Shown here piece by piece: positions 1 through 13,527 of a stretch of DNA of 64,000 nt. This stretch comes from Chiloscyllium plagiosum (lineage: Eukaryota): the NCBI RefSeq assembly GCF_004010195.1, contig NC_057753.1, positions 13,802,485 through 13,866,484 on the forward strand, written 5' to 3'. The position numbers were made by a program, and so were the translations under genes. The number at the start of each line of letters is the position of its first letter. Position 1 is the stretch's first letter. Below the pieces are notes generated by a model. It saw only the letters and a program-made list of their open reading frames with translations. It made no database searches and had not been told where the DNA came from.

Positions 1-438
1 TAGGTCTGCCTGGTGTGTAAAGTATAAAAGTTGAATTTGATGTCACACAAACAGAATGCGCTATCCAGAACATATAGGGACGTTTTTGACACAGCTCAGG
101 ATATAGACCAGTCCAATGTCCAGCGATGTAATTTTCTCGATGCAGTATCTGCTCTTCAGGCATGAGCTGCAAATGGACACAAAATTTTCGACAGTGAAGG
201 CTACAGACAGACATACTGAGCTCTCTCGATTGCAGCGCACCAGGATTATGCTCTGCCTGCGTACAGAGGTAGTGGAGATTACTCTGTAAGCAAAGTAGAC
301 GTGGCTGATCCGATTGAGGATGCACCCAGTGATGATGACAAAAGAAAACAGACACGGTTACTGCCACGAGATAGTAGGTTACTTACCTGGAGAGACCGCA
401 TGGTCTGCGGGATAGTGTTATAATTGACATCAAGTTTG
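1..438 (-). pseudogene. GPR139-like class A GPCR pseudogene, exon 2 (runs off the left edge)
   Basis: Acceptor cacag|CA at 439/438, then ANLMSIITLSRRPCGLSR*VTYYLVAV, homologous to ANVLAIIILSQGCCGLSRCITYYLLAI of the 4541-5897 gene. In-frame TAA and later disruptions. Exon 1 not found. Confidence 0.85.
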
Positions 439-2599
439 CTGTGAGAAACAGTAGGTTTACTCGTAAAATGTAAGTTGCAATATCTATACTTCATATCACA
501 TGTAATTTTATCAGACGGATGTTGCTCAATTGAGTTCAATGATGAGCAGCTACTTCAGCCAATCTGACATGGAAACCCTCCTCGTCTGAACTTGTGTTAT
601 CTCCAGCCTCCAAATACATAAATTATTTGGTAATAGTTCAGTGTTTCATGTTGAATTACAAATTTGTCAATATCAGGTACCTTGCAGTCAGAGCCTTCCT
701 CTACCAACGCTGTTCTCAAGTCAATTTTTCAATTCCAGTAGTGGACCTATCCAAATTATTAGATAAATAAAATAGTGTGACACATTGCGTATTCATAGCC
801 AGACCTGTTCTCCTTGAAAAATCTATGCTCCCTGATTATATGAGCATTGGTCTGGTAATCACTCAGCTTTATTAACGTCATTGTTTAATTTGTGAAAGAC
901 CACATAGATTAATAACTCGTATGCTGTTCCCATCTGATATCTCAAAATAACTGCACTTTTTCAGTTTTTTCGGTCTTATATTAATCACTCTGCTGTGATT
1001 TTAACTGTCGAGATCACATATTCTGCAACTTCCTTACTCACTAGTCTTGTATTATGTCTTCCTCAGGACATTCTCCATGCTGCACAATTCAGTTATGCAA
1101 CAGATTCAACTTGCCTCTCATTTATTCTAACTGAGAGTTCCCAGGGAGAAGCTAAATTGCATCATGCAGCTCAAACGCAGTTCAATGAACAGATTAACAC
1201 ACATCTATGAAACTTCAGTTTGTAACATTGACAAATGAGTAATTCCATTATCTTAAAACAGACTGTTGGCAACGAATGGTTAGGCTGTTATTCCAAATCC
1301 ACTTGTGATAATTAACCTTTTACCCTCGTATCAACTGGCGTTTCTGATGGGAGATGCTGCCTGGACGTCTTACTACTAACCTGAAATTGCCTCTACTCGT
1401 CTTTTCGCTCACGTGCCTAGGTATTCTATAAATTAGGGAATCAGGTTCGTTCATTTAATTCATTTGTTGGTGACGTTATCATATACATATTAATTATCAG
1501 TATATGAATCGTGATTAACAGTGTGCAAAAAGCCAGCATAGAACACAACGAGCCCAATGCAACCACTCCTGCAAAAATGAACAAAATAGAAAACTTTGTG
1601 TCTCCAACCAAGCCACACAGGCAGAAATTGTATTAGAACTTTTGAGAGTGATGGTGGATGCCACAATAATTATCCGGTCTGCTTTGCTCTGACTGCAGTA
1701 TAGCTTCAATGTATGCTTTGTGAGCTATCTGGGAAGGTGGAGAATACTTCATCATACTCTTGTGACTTGCTGAAAATTCATCGTGATTCTCGAATCAGGA
1801 TATAAATTACTCGCTGCAGTATTTCTAGCCTTTGATCTGCTGTTTCAATGGAGAATACATTTTAGTTTTTTGTCAATGGTTGCACTCAGGCTGTTGATCG
1901 TGGGGTAACGTAGCTCAGGCAATGTCACTTCTAAAGGCCCATCGTTAAATTTGGTCGAAAATGATGCTTTCTCCTGCCACTAAGCCAAACAGTCTTGACA
2001 TCAAGATGAAAAAAATGCTCCAATCCATCACTTCCACGCCAGACATCAAACACTTAACTGTTGAATCCAATTTTCACCATTCTGACTAATTGTGTCACAT
2101 GCGGTGGCGTTTCAACACGCATGCAAACACATCTTAAACGTTTTGCAATTTCTTGTCTCTATTATGTTAGGCAATGGGTTTCGCATAACCAATGCCCTTT
2201 GAGAGATTTTGTTTCCTCAAATCCCTTCTTACCTTAGAACTGTGCCTCCTGTTGTCGACCAGTTTAATAAGGGGAACATTTTCTTCCAGCCTACCCGATC
2301 TCAGACCCGATAAAATTCATGCATCTTATTTAGAATTTAATTGCAACTAAAATGAGCATAGTTGGGATTCGGAATAATGAGGAAGTGAACCACATTTACA
2401 CACAGGCAAAAAGACACACAGCCATATTCAAAGTGACCATGGCGTTCATGTATCCTGTACACCACTGTTATGCTAGCTTGACCAATCTAGTGTTTATTGC
2501 ATTTATTACAAGGTATTTTTAAATGACAATGGTGAACTTCAAACCAGTCTCTACAGGCAAATAACAGATACGGACAAACTAATGAACTACAGAAGCAAT

Positions 2600-3446
2600 C
2601 ATCGCAACACTCAAAAATTAAACTGCATTTGAACATTATTGCAACAAGCGACAAGACACGGCAGCACAGAGGATCTACGAAGAGCAAAGGAAAATCACCA
2701 ATGCAGGAATTAAGAAAGGGTACCCAATGAACACAGCCCCCCAGTTTCTCAGAAACAAACCCAAACAAGCAGACAAAACACGTCCAGAAACCAGAGCCAC
2801 TCTCCCCTACATTAAAGACACCTCAGAAATGACTGCCATTACTAGTCAGACCTCTTGATATCATGATAGCCCACAAACCCACGAACATACTAAAACAGGA
2901 GCTAATGAACTTGAAAGAGCTTATACAGGCAAAACGCAGAACTAATGTAATTTACAAAATACCTTGCAAGAACTGTAACAAGCGCTACATTGGCCAAACA
3001 GTCAGAGAACTGGCCAGCAGGATACATGAACAACAACTAGCCACAAAAAGACATGATCCACTCTGACTAATATCCGTATATATAGATGAGGAAAGGCATC
3101 CCTTCGACTGGGGCAACATATCCATTCTAGAAAAAAGCCAAACAGAGACACATACGAATATTCCTAGAAGCATGGCATTCCAACTGCAATTCTATCATCA
3201 AACACATTAACTTGGATCCATTTGGCACCCATTGAGAAAGAGAACAGGAAATGACATCACCAACTCAAGGAAACCTAATCACTTAAATAGAAAGTGGGCC
3301 ACACCACCAGTGCTTCATCCGGACGCTCACTGATGATGTAACCTAGTATGGTGACAAAACGTCTGAAAACTGATCTTCCAGCTCAGCGAGAAAACCCACA
3401 TCCCGACACCTCAGCCTGAGCTACAAGTCTTCTCAAAACTCACTAA
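2600..3446 (+). mobile_element. Penelope-like retroelement 3' fragment (GIY-YIG endonuclease)
   Basis: ORF 2863-3066 contains NVIYKIPCKNCNKRYIGQTVRELASRIHEQ, a GIY-YIG signature. Downstream stops. Confidence 0.85.
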
Positions 3447-4540
3447 CAGTTGGAAATGTTCCAAAACGTTCCAAAACGTGACAGATGAGTTTCCAATCTT
3501 TGAATGTAATTTTTAAGGAGGCATTAGTAAACCGGCCTGTTTAAGCGACACATTGATAAACTTTTACAAACGGAAATATATTTCAGAAAGGAAAAATGCA
3601 TCAATTCCGTTAAACCTAAGAACGAATGGTCAGTTAGAATGACAAATACTCTCATCTCTTCAAGATCAATTTAAATGTTCGCTATCAAAAGAAACAGAAA
3701 CATCATTAAAAACAACTTTTCAAGAATGATTTATTCTTATACCTGTGTTTATCACTGTTGAACAGTTATGACTCCGTTAGCATATTAGCAGAACATACTC
3801 ATATGTATGATCGTTTATGTTTCGTGTCTGCTTTTTGAGCCTTTTTTTCCTATTCCGCCAAACCATGGCTGATTCCTCGTACCACATCACTTTGTCTGAT
3901 TTTACAATGAATCTTGATTCTGTTAATGTGCACGATCGTTGGGCCGACTGGAGCGTTCGAGTCGCCCTTATTTAAAAAAATACATCAAAGTAGGAAAGTA
4001 GCTAGTTATGATTTATATGCCTGTTTCGTTGACAATGAGACTGATACGGAGTAATGGAAAGGAATGGAGGGTAGAATGAAGGAAGGAAGGAAAGAGGGAA
4101 GGATAGAAGAGTGGCAGGACGAATTATATACTTTTGAAGAAACTGTGGACTTTACAATCATTGTATCCAAAATTAGCAACGAATGAGCACAGTAAGATTC
4201 AAATTAAAAAAAAAGACAGAGGTGAATAAGGAGAAACATGACCTCACTGTTATGACACGAGGGATAATTATTGACCAGGGTTGCAGAGAGAAATCTCTTT
4301 TCATGTTAAAGAAGTAAGGATGGAATATTTTACGTACTTGCTGAGCTAATAGGTACAATCCTTGAGTAAGCATCCATAATGGACAGCTGGATGTTCAAAT
4401 CCTTTTGAGCTGGCAACAGGGAACTATTGGAACAACGTACAGTTCTCCCACAGACCTGAAACCACTAATGGCTGATTCTGGGAGAGGGTTTTACATACCT
4501 AAAGGGAAGTACTGGCAAGATGTTCTGCACATGTTTCTTT

Positions 4541-5897
4541 CTACCACTTAGTGCTGGCAGTTAACATTTGGAAGGGACGCATCAGTATTTTCTTGAGTTC
4601 TTCCCGGAACATTTTCTGTGATACCATGTAGATAAAGATGTTGTTGCAGGAGCTGAGTAAGGTGAGCATGTTGGTTGTCTCTTGAAGGATGTACTTGGGG
4701 TCATTGAAGTTCCGTTTGCCAACGTACTCCTCACCGGTAACCATTCTGTGGAGAAAGCGTACGATATAAGTAACCCACAAGAGGAGGAAACTAAGAGAGA
4801 TGGCAAAGAGCAGGACAATGGACCTCTTGCGGTTCACCATCTCTGAGTCTCCATCGTTTCCAGCTCTGCGGAGTCTCTCGCGGGCTCTGTTGGCCATTAC
4901 AATGTGTCTTACAGTGAGGGCGTTGAACAACACAATGAGAAACAATGGAAGAAAGGGGACTAGTATGTTGTTTAAATATCGGTAGACCTGCCAAGTGGGA
5001 GAAGTGTGGAATATCGTCTTGATATCACAGAACCAGGGCACTGCATCGAGTATATACATGGGCTTGTAGATGAAGTAGAAAGGGACGTTCTTCATGCAGA
5101 GTAGGACATAGATGAGCCCTATGACTCGTGACGCAGTTTTCTTTGTGCAGTATCTGGTCTTCAAATTCTGGCAGCAGATGGCCACAAAACGATCGAAGGT
5201 GAAAGCCACTGTCAGCCAGACGGAGCAATCTCGCGTGGCGTAGATCAGCACAGCACTGAGGCTGCAGCCAGGGGTGGTGGACAACACGCTGTAGCTAAAA
5301 TAGATGCGGCCAATCCTGTTGAGGATACATCCACTGATGATAACTAAGAAATCAGCGACCGCTATCGCCAGCAGGTAGTAGGTGATGCATCGGGAGAGAC
5401 CACAGCATCCTTGAGATAAGATAATAATCGCTAACACATTTGCTATGGAAGATGAAGAAAGAGTGAGATAGATGATACCAAACAATCTCCAAACGCCAGA
5501 CAGCAGCCACATGCAGTCTGACACTGAAAGAGACTTAATCCATCGAATTTCCATGCTGAGACTCAGACTCAAATTCAGACCTTTCAAAATTGTTGTTCAT
5601 TGCTCAATATCCATTGCTGGATTAAAACACTTGTTAGTATAGGAATCACTGCAAACTTCTCTGCTCCAAGTTCTGCTCTCTGACAACTGAGACATATGGG
5701 GACCTGGTTGAAGTCCGTTATATAGAAAAAACATTGGATATTACTGATATTCAGCCAGATCATGAAGGCAAAGAGCAAATTTTTATGAAGAATAAAAAAC
5801 ATAGCTGAGTTAGAACAGCTTGCTTACCGGGTGCACCAATAAGAGCGAGAAATGGATAGAAAATTGCAAAGAACAGCCCATTCGCTGGCCCATGCAT
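4541..5897 (-). CDS. Intact GPR139/GPR142-like class A GPCR, 323 aa; exon 1 5897-5828, exon 2 5442-4541
   Basis: Exon 1 MHGPANGLFFAIFYPFLALIGAP+G|gtaagc (70 nt). Acceptor ttccatag|CA. 70+902=972 nt, open. Seven hydrophobic segments with TVAFTFDRFVAIC (DRY equivalent), PWFC in ECL2, RKRSIVLLFAIS and LLSSCNNIFIY. The first ~48 aa of the ORF-track protein are intronic. Confidence 0.92.
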
Positions 5898-8533
5898 CTT
5901 TGTTTTTCAGCGATTGAAGGGATTACCGAATTTCCAGACTGCAGCCCTGACATACATTCGATGTGTCCCTCATTTATTCTAACTTGGAATCTCCAGAGGG
6001 GCAATTAAGTTAGAACGTGCACGTCAGGTGCAGTTCTGCCAATAAAAAAAAACTCTTATCTTCCATTTGTAACGTTGCTAATGGAAATTTGCAAATCGAA
6101 AAAAATAAAAGGGCAATAAGTTGGCTGCAAAGTCTGCCTTCAACTCTCACCACACGTGGAGTTCTTGAATTAAAACTATGCTGAGACCCCCATTTCGGAC
6201 CTAAAACCATCACTCATTATTTACAGGCTGTTCTAAATATCTCAAGAATCTTTCATCTGTTCAGTTCATGCTTTTTTTTGCTTTTTGATTTTTACAAAGT
6301 GAGTTCACGTATCCATGGTTGAACTGCTCGAAGTCTGTTTTAAAATACTAAGGAAGGAATCTGAGGAGGACACCATCGCAGACAAATACTGAGCAATGTA
6401 GAAGCTGCAGAGCATTTATTTGTTCGGCAAAACCACAAAATTAGTAAGCGCCACCAAGTGTTGGAGGTTCTTATAGAATTTCTGATGCGTTGATAGATGT
6501 TAATGGCCTGGTGTAGTATAAACAGAGACAATATGAGGTAAAGTGATAACTGAAACATGACTTTGAGTAATGGCATCATGCTCATTTGCTGAACTGTTGG
6601 TGTCCTGAAGACAAGAGTCATTGTGCTGAAAGATATATTGAACCGTAACAGGAAAGGCGCTACTAAGGGAGACTTGTGCAATGGGACATGGAATTATATA
6701 TTATCGAATATAACAACACATGACACAGAGCTGAACATAATGAGATAAAAAACGACATATACGATATAGTAGATATTTGGTGCCATGTAATAATAAATAA
6801 GGCAGTCTCATGCAAGATAAACTGAGACAAAAAAGAATGAAGGAATAAATATGTAGTCTCAACTAAAAATGACTGACTTGGACAATCTCCTCTTGAATTT
6901 TGAGAACTGATTTTTCCCAGCATTTTCATATGAACCCTGGTTAATGTTTTAATTGGTAAGCATTCTGACACATTCACAGCGTAGCTAATGATGCAATATA
7001 TATCATGACTGAGCATGCATCTAGAAACAGTGTGTCTCACTCCTATTTGGTGTGGGTGCACTTTACTTGCAAACGTTCCCCTGTTGCTTCGTCCACTGAG
7101 AGAAGTGGCCTGATTACTGCTAGTTATGGAGTCATAAAGGTTTGCAGCACAGAAGGCAACTTTCCGCCCAGATAGTCTGCACAGGTGAAAAACAAGGGCC
7201 TAACTATGCTAATCCCATTCTCCAGCTGTTAGCCCATAGCCTTGTTTGAGTTGGTAATGCAACCATTCATTGAAATACATCCTAAAAGTTATGAGGAATT
7301 CTGTTTCTGCACACCTTACATGCCGCGAATTCCAGAACACCAAGAGATTTGGAATCCCATACATTTCAGAATTTTACATGAGTGAGCATTTAGGATCAAT
7401 GTTCAGAGGAATAACATAATACAGAGACAAGCTACCGAATGGTGTCCAAAAGGATATCCCGGTGAACTTCAGGAGAAAGCCAGACAGAAAAAGGACCAAG
7501 AGGGAATGTGACTTCAGAAACCAATGGTTCCCATGTTTGCTGGTGTACATGACGATCGAAGCTGCCGGGAAGAAAACAAGAAGACATTATCCCTGCATGA
7601 TGTTGAGGCAGTAACATTTGTGATCGCAGATAAACGCGCAGAACAATTGCACACTGAGAGTGACAGGTAAGTAAGAATGGAATAAACACGGATGTAGCAC
7701 TTAAAGCTTTATATTGCTATTATATGCAGCTCAATTTTTCTCTTTCAGTTCAACCTTCAAATCCATAATCAGGTTAGTTATGTATCTTCATAATAAGATC
7801 ACAAAACCTCGGAACAGAAGAAGATTGAGTCTGATCTGCTGATCCTCAACTCCACTTTCCTGCCTACCCCAGAACACTAGATTTCCTTGTTGAGTAAACA
7901 TCCGTCTATTTCAGCCTTCAAAATGTTTAAAGGAACCATCCCAATGCAGTAAAGACTTCCATCGTTTCACCACTTTCTGAGAGAAGAAATTTCTCGTCAG
8001 CTCTGTATTGTCCAAGCCTTATCCCCAGATTATCCCCACTGACCCAATATTGTGTCCAAAAGTGAGACAAAAACTTTCTGCCTCAACCATATGAAGTTCG
8101 CTAAGAACCTTGTATATTTCAGTAAGAAACTAATTTTCTGTAACACTGCGGCCCAGTGATCTAAGATACTGGATAACGATGACCTCTCCCATTCGCACCT
8201 GGCTCATGTGATGTGATACATTCTCACTGATTCTGACAGAGCCGATCTGGTTTCACTGATTTCACTGTCAAAGACTTCTGGCCAGTTGATGAGTTTGTGA
8301 TGCAGCAATAATCCTCATTTCCTGACTGAGAAATGAATTTGAGATGGGATGAATACATGCTGAATCTTAACTGCTGGACCAAAAGGTAAGACATTTAACA
8401 GTTAAAAGGGAAGCCTTTTAACTTTTAAAAATCATAACATTTTTAACTTTTGATCTTTTTCATTTTCCATCTCTTTCATGACTGAAATGTATTTATTGTT
8501 TTGCAAAATTATCATGCCACCGACCTTTACCAG

Positions 8534-8815
8534 CACAGAAAGAAATGTCTTCGTCCATCGTTTCAATTTCAATCATCTGTTCCGATGCTATTTTCCAGCA
8601 CTCGACCCACAGCCTTCGTTGTCGTGGGATTTCTAGTGTACATCTATGTAATATTCTCCATCTAACATTTTATTTAGAAACAAATGAGACTGATTTTCGA
8701 CATGGTAAAACTGTTTTAACACTCCCTGCTGTAAGTGAACTTCATTTTCATCCACAGAGGAAAACATACAGACACTTCCACGAGAGTTAAAGAGGCCGCA
8801 CGAAACTAACTCTAA
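8534..8815 (+). pseudogene. Truncated copy of putative LRR-protein pseudo-exon (paralogue of 59992-60800)
   Basis: Acceptor tttaccag|; colinear with 59992-60273. Reads ...LTLPAVSELHFHP...HES*RGRTKLT, LRR-like. Confidence 0.4.
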
Positions 8816-9440
8816 AAAAGGAACGTGGATATTTGAAAGCAATGATTCTACTCCCGACCCTCACTCATCTGTTGACCTACGCAGGTTACTCTCAACTCAT
8901 TGCCGAATACCCTGACTAGATCTGAGAGACTGAGAGTGGTGAACTGCCTGTCAGTGAAAGGAAATGCCCTGAACTGGAACATCGGCTCAGCTGATAGGTG
9001 GTTCAGTCTTCCAGAGGAAATGGCGACAAATAAAATGGGTTTATATTTCAAAAGATTCATTGACATAAAAATTCTTGTCTAGGCCTAATCGCCAAGGAGA
9101 AGGTGCTGGTCTGTTGGGTTCTTGACCTGTTGCTGCCATTGGTGTATGAGGATACCGGGAGTGTTGTTTGGAAGGGAGTTACGAGATTTTCACTCTATGA
9201 CACAGATGGAATTGCAGTATATTTCCAAGTCAGAATGATGAGTCATCTGGGGACAGGTTACAAGTGGTATTACAACTGATCACTCGGGAATTTCACTTGA
9301 ATTTGGCTTATTGCTGGCTCAATAGCTCCTCAAATAAGTCGAAAGGTCTGGACAATCTCCTCAGATAGATCCATAGATCCCTTCCATTATGACAATGAAA
9401 TCTGGAGTTACTGAATACCAATTATGGAATATTGACTCTC

Positions 9441-9897
9441 CCTTTTTGTATGGGATCTGCTTTCACTCTGCATCAGTGCCACTCATTGCACAGAGATGAA
9501 CCGCGTTGAAGATGACGGCCTTGTTGGTCGTGAACTTGGTAATCTTCGTAATTTTATTCAATTTGACAGAAAATATATCCGTGGAGTCATAATTTCTGTT
9601 TGACATCAATTCTGCAACAAATTAACATGCTGTGGATGCTGCTGTGTTTTCTCACTGTGTTAGTAAACTTTAGGGACAGAATCGTACGTCTTCAGGTTGT
9701 ATGTTACTGTTATTTCCCTCTTTAACTGCTATATCAGGAACAGGTTATTATGTTGTCCCCTGCTGAACTCATGTTAATGAAAGAAAATATGTTACAAACA
9801 TCTGGGCTGGGGTGGGGGGAGTTTGAATTTTGCTGGCAAACAAAATACCTTCTGACAAGACAAATAATCACGAGGAGCAAGACAAGGTCGTTTCTCG
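9441..9897 (-). pseudogene. TCR alpha/delta V pseudogene (family of the 12966 V)
   Basis: Leader-like RNDLVLLLVIICLV. 3' end FSVKLNKITKITKFT...AVHLCAMS. Decayed heptamer with nonamer ACAAAAAGG at 9449-9441. Confidence 0.75.
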
Positions 9898-10766
9898 TGG
9901 TGCTCTGTGGATTTGGAGTCAACGCCTGGGTAAAACTACATCCTTAATTCCCGGTCAAAGGTGACCCAATCAATGGCAAACAATGTGGCCTGCAGCAAAC
10001 CCTCAAGGAACACGTGGACGGGAAGGCATGTCACCGTGAGAACAGCAAACGAAAGCTGCGGGCGACAGTGTGAACAGAAGTGCACAGCGCCACTCAGCTG
10101 GTGAATGTTGAAAACTCTGTGACCACTCTGTTCCCTTAGTAACAGAGTCACTGAGGTGCAAATCGTGGGGATAAAAGATCAAGAATTTTGGAAACATGTA
10201 AAGCAAATCGATGCCATTCAGGCATTCTGTCTGTGACTTCTCTTTGAAAGAGCTGAATAGCTATTCAACGCATCGCTCTTCATAAATTCTGCAGCTATGC
10301 ATGTTTCAATCCATTGCAAGTGTCTTTACAGCACTTTTTCCGAAAATTAGCAGGAAGTCTGCTTTCCTACTTCTCTATCTTCGTGATTTATACTTAATGA
10401 CAAGATTCAATGCATAAAATAAGGCATATTTATTTTATCGTCTATCTGGAAGTGCAGACGGAATTTCTTCAGCAAGTGTTTTGGGCAAAAATTTCAGCCC
10501 CATTGAGAAATCGTTGAAAAGAATAGTAAAGATGCATTGAAACGTAAAGATGCATTGAAACGTAAAGTGAAATAAGCGTGGGGACTTGCTGTTAAATACG
10601 ACGAATTGGGAGGGTTCCTGATCATGGTAATTGCACACATAGAGACTTGGGCCGGATGGGCCAAAAGAAATTTTCTTTGGGTTCTAGTTCCTACCGACAT
10701 TTCCAGGACTGGGAACTTTCGCCATTTGTGGAACATTTAATCGTTTTCTTTCACCCTGTGCTCCAG

Positions 10767-11101
10767 GTCTCAGTGATAGGAATTCTGTCACTCGGCACAA
10801 TCTTTTTCTCACACAGAGGGAGATGTCACTTTAAACTGCACTGATACTGGCGCTACTTATCACTTTTTCTGGTACCATCACTATCCAGACAGACAACCCG
10901 AGTTCGAACTCCAGGTGTATATGACGGGCACCGATACATTTAAGGTGATTTTTGCTCAGCTCTGGTTTTCCGATGCCCGTCAGCAGACAGAAAATTTGGA
11001 CTGATTGACAATCTTGAAGCTGCTATTGTCTGACACCACAGTCTATTGCGGTGCAATGGGCCTTGCGGTGTTGCAAAATGTGAAAACACCGTACACTGAC
11101 T
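10767..11101 (+). pseudogene. TCR alpha/delta V pseudogene (paralogue of the 39655 V)
   Basis: Acceptor ctccag|; DVTLNCTDTGATYHFFWYHHYPDRQPEF...WFSDARQQTENLD*LTILKLLLSDTTVYCGAMG. Frameshift in FR1, a stop, second canonical Cys lost. Heptamer decayed to TGCGGTG; nonamer ACACTGACT. Confidence 0.88.
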
Positions 11102-12215
11102 GCCACTGAAATCTGGGTCACAGCTGCGTTATATTCAGGTCTGTTTGTAACAGCGAGTCAGACGCATTCAATTGTGCTCGGACTTTGAGTGTATCCAGCA
11201 AAGCAACATGAAATCTTTCATATTGAAAATACTTATCATTGCACTGACTATGGGAGGGAATTCGTGCTCTTTATTTCGGGATCACGGCAGGCTTCCATTT
11301 TCATTGAGAATACACTATTCTGCAGCTAACCACGTATGCATATCAGTAATTTGAAAAACAAAACAACAAATTAGTATTCTCCCTTAAACATGTGAAATAT
11401 CTGCATTTGGCAGCCTGATAGATGAGGAGTATCTACATAACTACAATAATCTCATAGAACACCGTTCAATATTAAAGCAATTCGCACACATTCAAAAAAA
11501 GCTAATGATCCGGAATGTGAAAATCCCCGAAGATAATGATTTCAAGGCAGGATAAGAGAATCCAGAACATAGATGAATGCAGCAATGCCGGGAAAAAAAA
11601 ACAATTGTGATGCATTCTGGGCACCAGATCATACGATCAATCGTCACATTTAAAATGTTTACTTCATAGGTGATCATCATTAAAATATGTGTTCCTTCAA
11701 TATGGGACTTTTATTTATCCCGTCATAAGGTGTGTGTGTCCCCGGGATAAACAGGACTCATTGCCCTTCAACAGGTGCCTTTCAAAAGCTTTTGGAAGCC
11801 AGTCAAGCGTCAACCGCATTGGTTATTCTGGAGTCATGTGTCAACCAGACCATTTAACGAAGACATCATTCTTTCCTGAAAGAATATCAGCATTTTTTTA
11901 ATCGTACACCAATCGATTACGATGTCACAAATATCCTTGCAGGTACTAATTAATTACAGATTACTTCATAACTGAATTTACATTCCATTAGTTGACCTTC
12001 CTGAAGAGCATTTGCCTGAGCTTCTGAATTACTTATGCAGTAATACCACTACGATGCCATTACACGCCATTGCAAAATAAACATAGCGTAAATGTTTTCC
12101 CATGCTTTTTTCATGGTTTACGTTTTGAACATTAAAATTACCAAAGAAAATCTACCATATTAAAATTCAAGTGACACGACTTACTTTTGTTTTTCTTTGA
12201 TTTAAATGTTCAATG

Positions 12216-12433
12216 CAGTAGTCCCCTCACCTATGGGGGATACATTCCAAGACCTATTACAGAAGCCTGAAATCGTGCATATTAGCGAACCCATTCATCT
12301 AAATGGAAATGTGTATTCCTGGCAGTCCCCGGTCCCTGGTTCTGGAAGGCTCCCTGCAATATATTTGTGCTGCAGTAAACCGCGGGTAACTGAAGCTACG
12401 GAAACCAGGCCCACAGAAACGAAGTTCGCCCTG
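12216..12433. mobile_element. Tc1/mariner (Tigger/MER2-like) MITE
   Basis: Starts CAGTAGTCCCC...GGGGGATACATTCCAAGACC and ends ...CCCTG followed by TA. About 220 bp, non-coding. Confidence 0.65.
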
Positions 12434-12784
12434 TAGTTGAAATCACCCATGTGTGAAGAAAGAATAGTGGATCGGCCGGAGATTATATTGCCAAGTGCAG
12501 TGTCCCAGCTACATCATTTCCCATTCCTCAAACCAGGACTGTAAGAACATCGCTGACGTTCAGAAATGTTATTTAAGCCGTTGATATTCTATGGGGATAA
12601 AATTAAAATACTCGTATCTATTATAAAAGATGTAGAGTATTGAAATATGGTAAGTAGCATTTTCCAAGTTTTGAAAACAGATCACAGATCGGTGATGGAA
12701 ATGTCATATTTTTTTAAACCCTTCTCAGCTCTGAAGGCCGCTGAGAGTCACTAGACAAATTGTCAAGTTTAGAATCGACCGTTT

Positions 12785-12851
12785 CCCCGCCCAAAGCTTC
12801 AGTTTCCTGCTCTGACCCCGCCCCCACACCTTCACATTCACTCTGACGCAA
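12785..12851 (+). promoter_or_regulatory. Putative V promoter: GC boxes, ETS core, CRE-like TGACGCAA
   Basis: CCCCGCCC at ~12785 and ~12816, TTCCTG at ~12804, TGACGCAA at 12844-12851; about 115-180 bp upstream of the leader ATG. Confidence 0.4.
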
Positions 12852-12965
12852 TTCTGCTTTTGAAGAGATTGCTTCTGCTGCACCATTTATGTTATTGACA
12901 GATCAGCAAAGCAGTTCGTCAAGGATCTGTAATTCTGCTCTGTTCGAGTTGCAGAGTCGGCAAAC

Positions 12966-13447
12966 ATGATGGGGAAATATCTCACACCAATCCTCATAAT
13001 CGTGTCTATGCTCAGTAAGTATCTCTTTCTCAGAAAAGGGCCAAATATTACAAAAAGAATGTTATTGTTTATCGACGAGATGGTGACGATTACGTTGAAC
13101 AATATGAGTACGATATTGATTGTCATTTTTACTTTGTTTCACGTGTTAGAATGGAGCCAGCAGGATACAGTGGAACAATCGGTTGCTGAAATGACGGTTG
13201 AAGAGGGAAAGGACATCGCCCTCACCTGCAATTTGAAGACAAGTGATTCTAACCCTAATGCATACTGGTACAGTCAGCGACACATGCAGCCTCCAGAGTT
13301 CATGTTTCGATTTATTGGGACGAATCTGCACAGGAACACTGGCATCAGTGACCGATTTTCTTCAAATAAAACTGGCAAGATCACTGAACTATTTATTCGC
13401 AATGTCCTCATCTCCGACAGCGCCGTGTATCTCTGTGCCATGCAGCT
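12966..13447 (+). CDS. TCR alpha/delta variable gene segment, apparently intact (leader 12966-13014, V exon 13150-13447)
   Basis: Leader MMGKYLTPILIIVSML+A|gtaagt; acceptor ttag|AA. DTVEQSVAEMTVEEGKDIALTCNLKTSDSNPNAYWYSQ...DSAVYLCAMQL with both canonical Cys and the Trp. RSS follows. Confidence 0.92.
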
Positions 13448-13487
13448 CACATTGATACAGAGATATAGTGGATCCTGTACAAAAACC
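13448..13487 (+). other. Recombination signal sequence (CACATTG - 24 nt - ACAAAAACC)
   Basis: Heptamer 13448-13454; perfect nonamer 13479-13487. Confidence 0.9.
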
Positions 13488-13508
13488 CACCTTGCGAGTT
13501 TCAGCTTG

Positions 13509-13527
13509 TGCACACCAGAGGGCGCCC
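13509..13527 (+). promoter_or_regulatory. CTCF-like motif just 3' of the V RSS
   Basis: TGCACACCAGAGGGCGCCC vs consensus TGGCCACCAGGGGGCGCTA. Confidence 0.55.

Noticed and set aside
5443-5587. N-terminal extension of the 348-aa GPCR ORF
   Set aside because: Intronic. A proper exon 1 with donor exists at 5897-5828 and matches the paralogue's exon 1. The same applies to 33222-33333.
10524-10567. 18-bp tandem repeat GTAAAGATGCATTGAAAC; also considered as a CRISPR-like array
   Set aside because: About 2.4 adjacent copies with no spacers, in vertebrate DNA; simple slippage.
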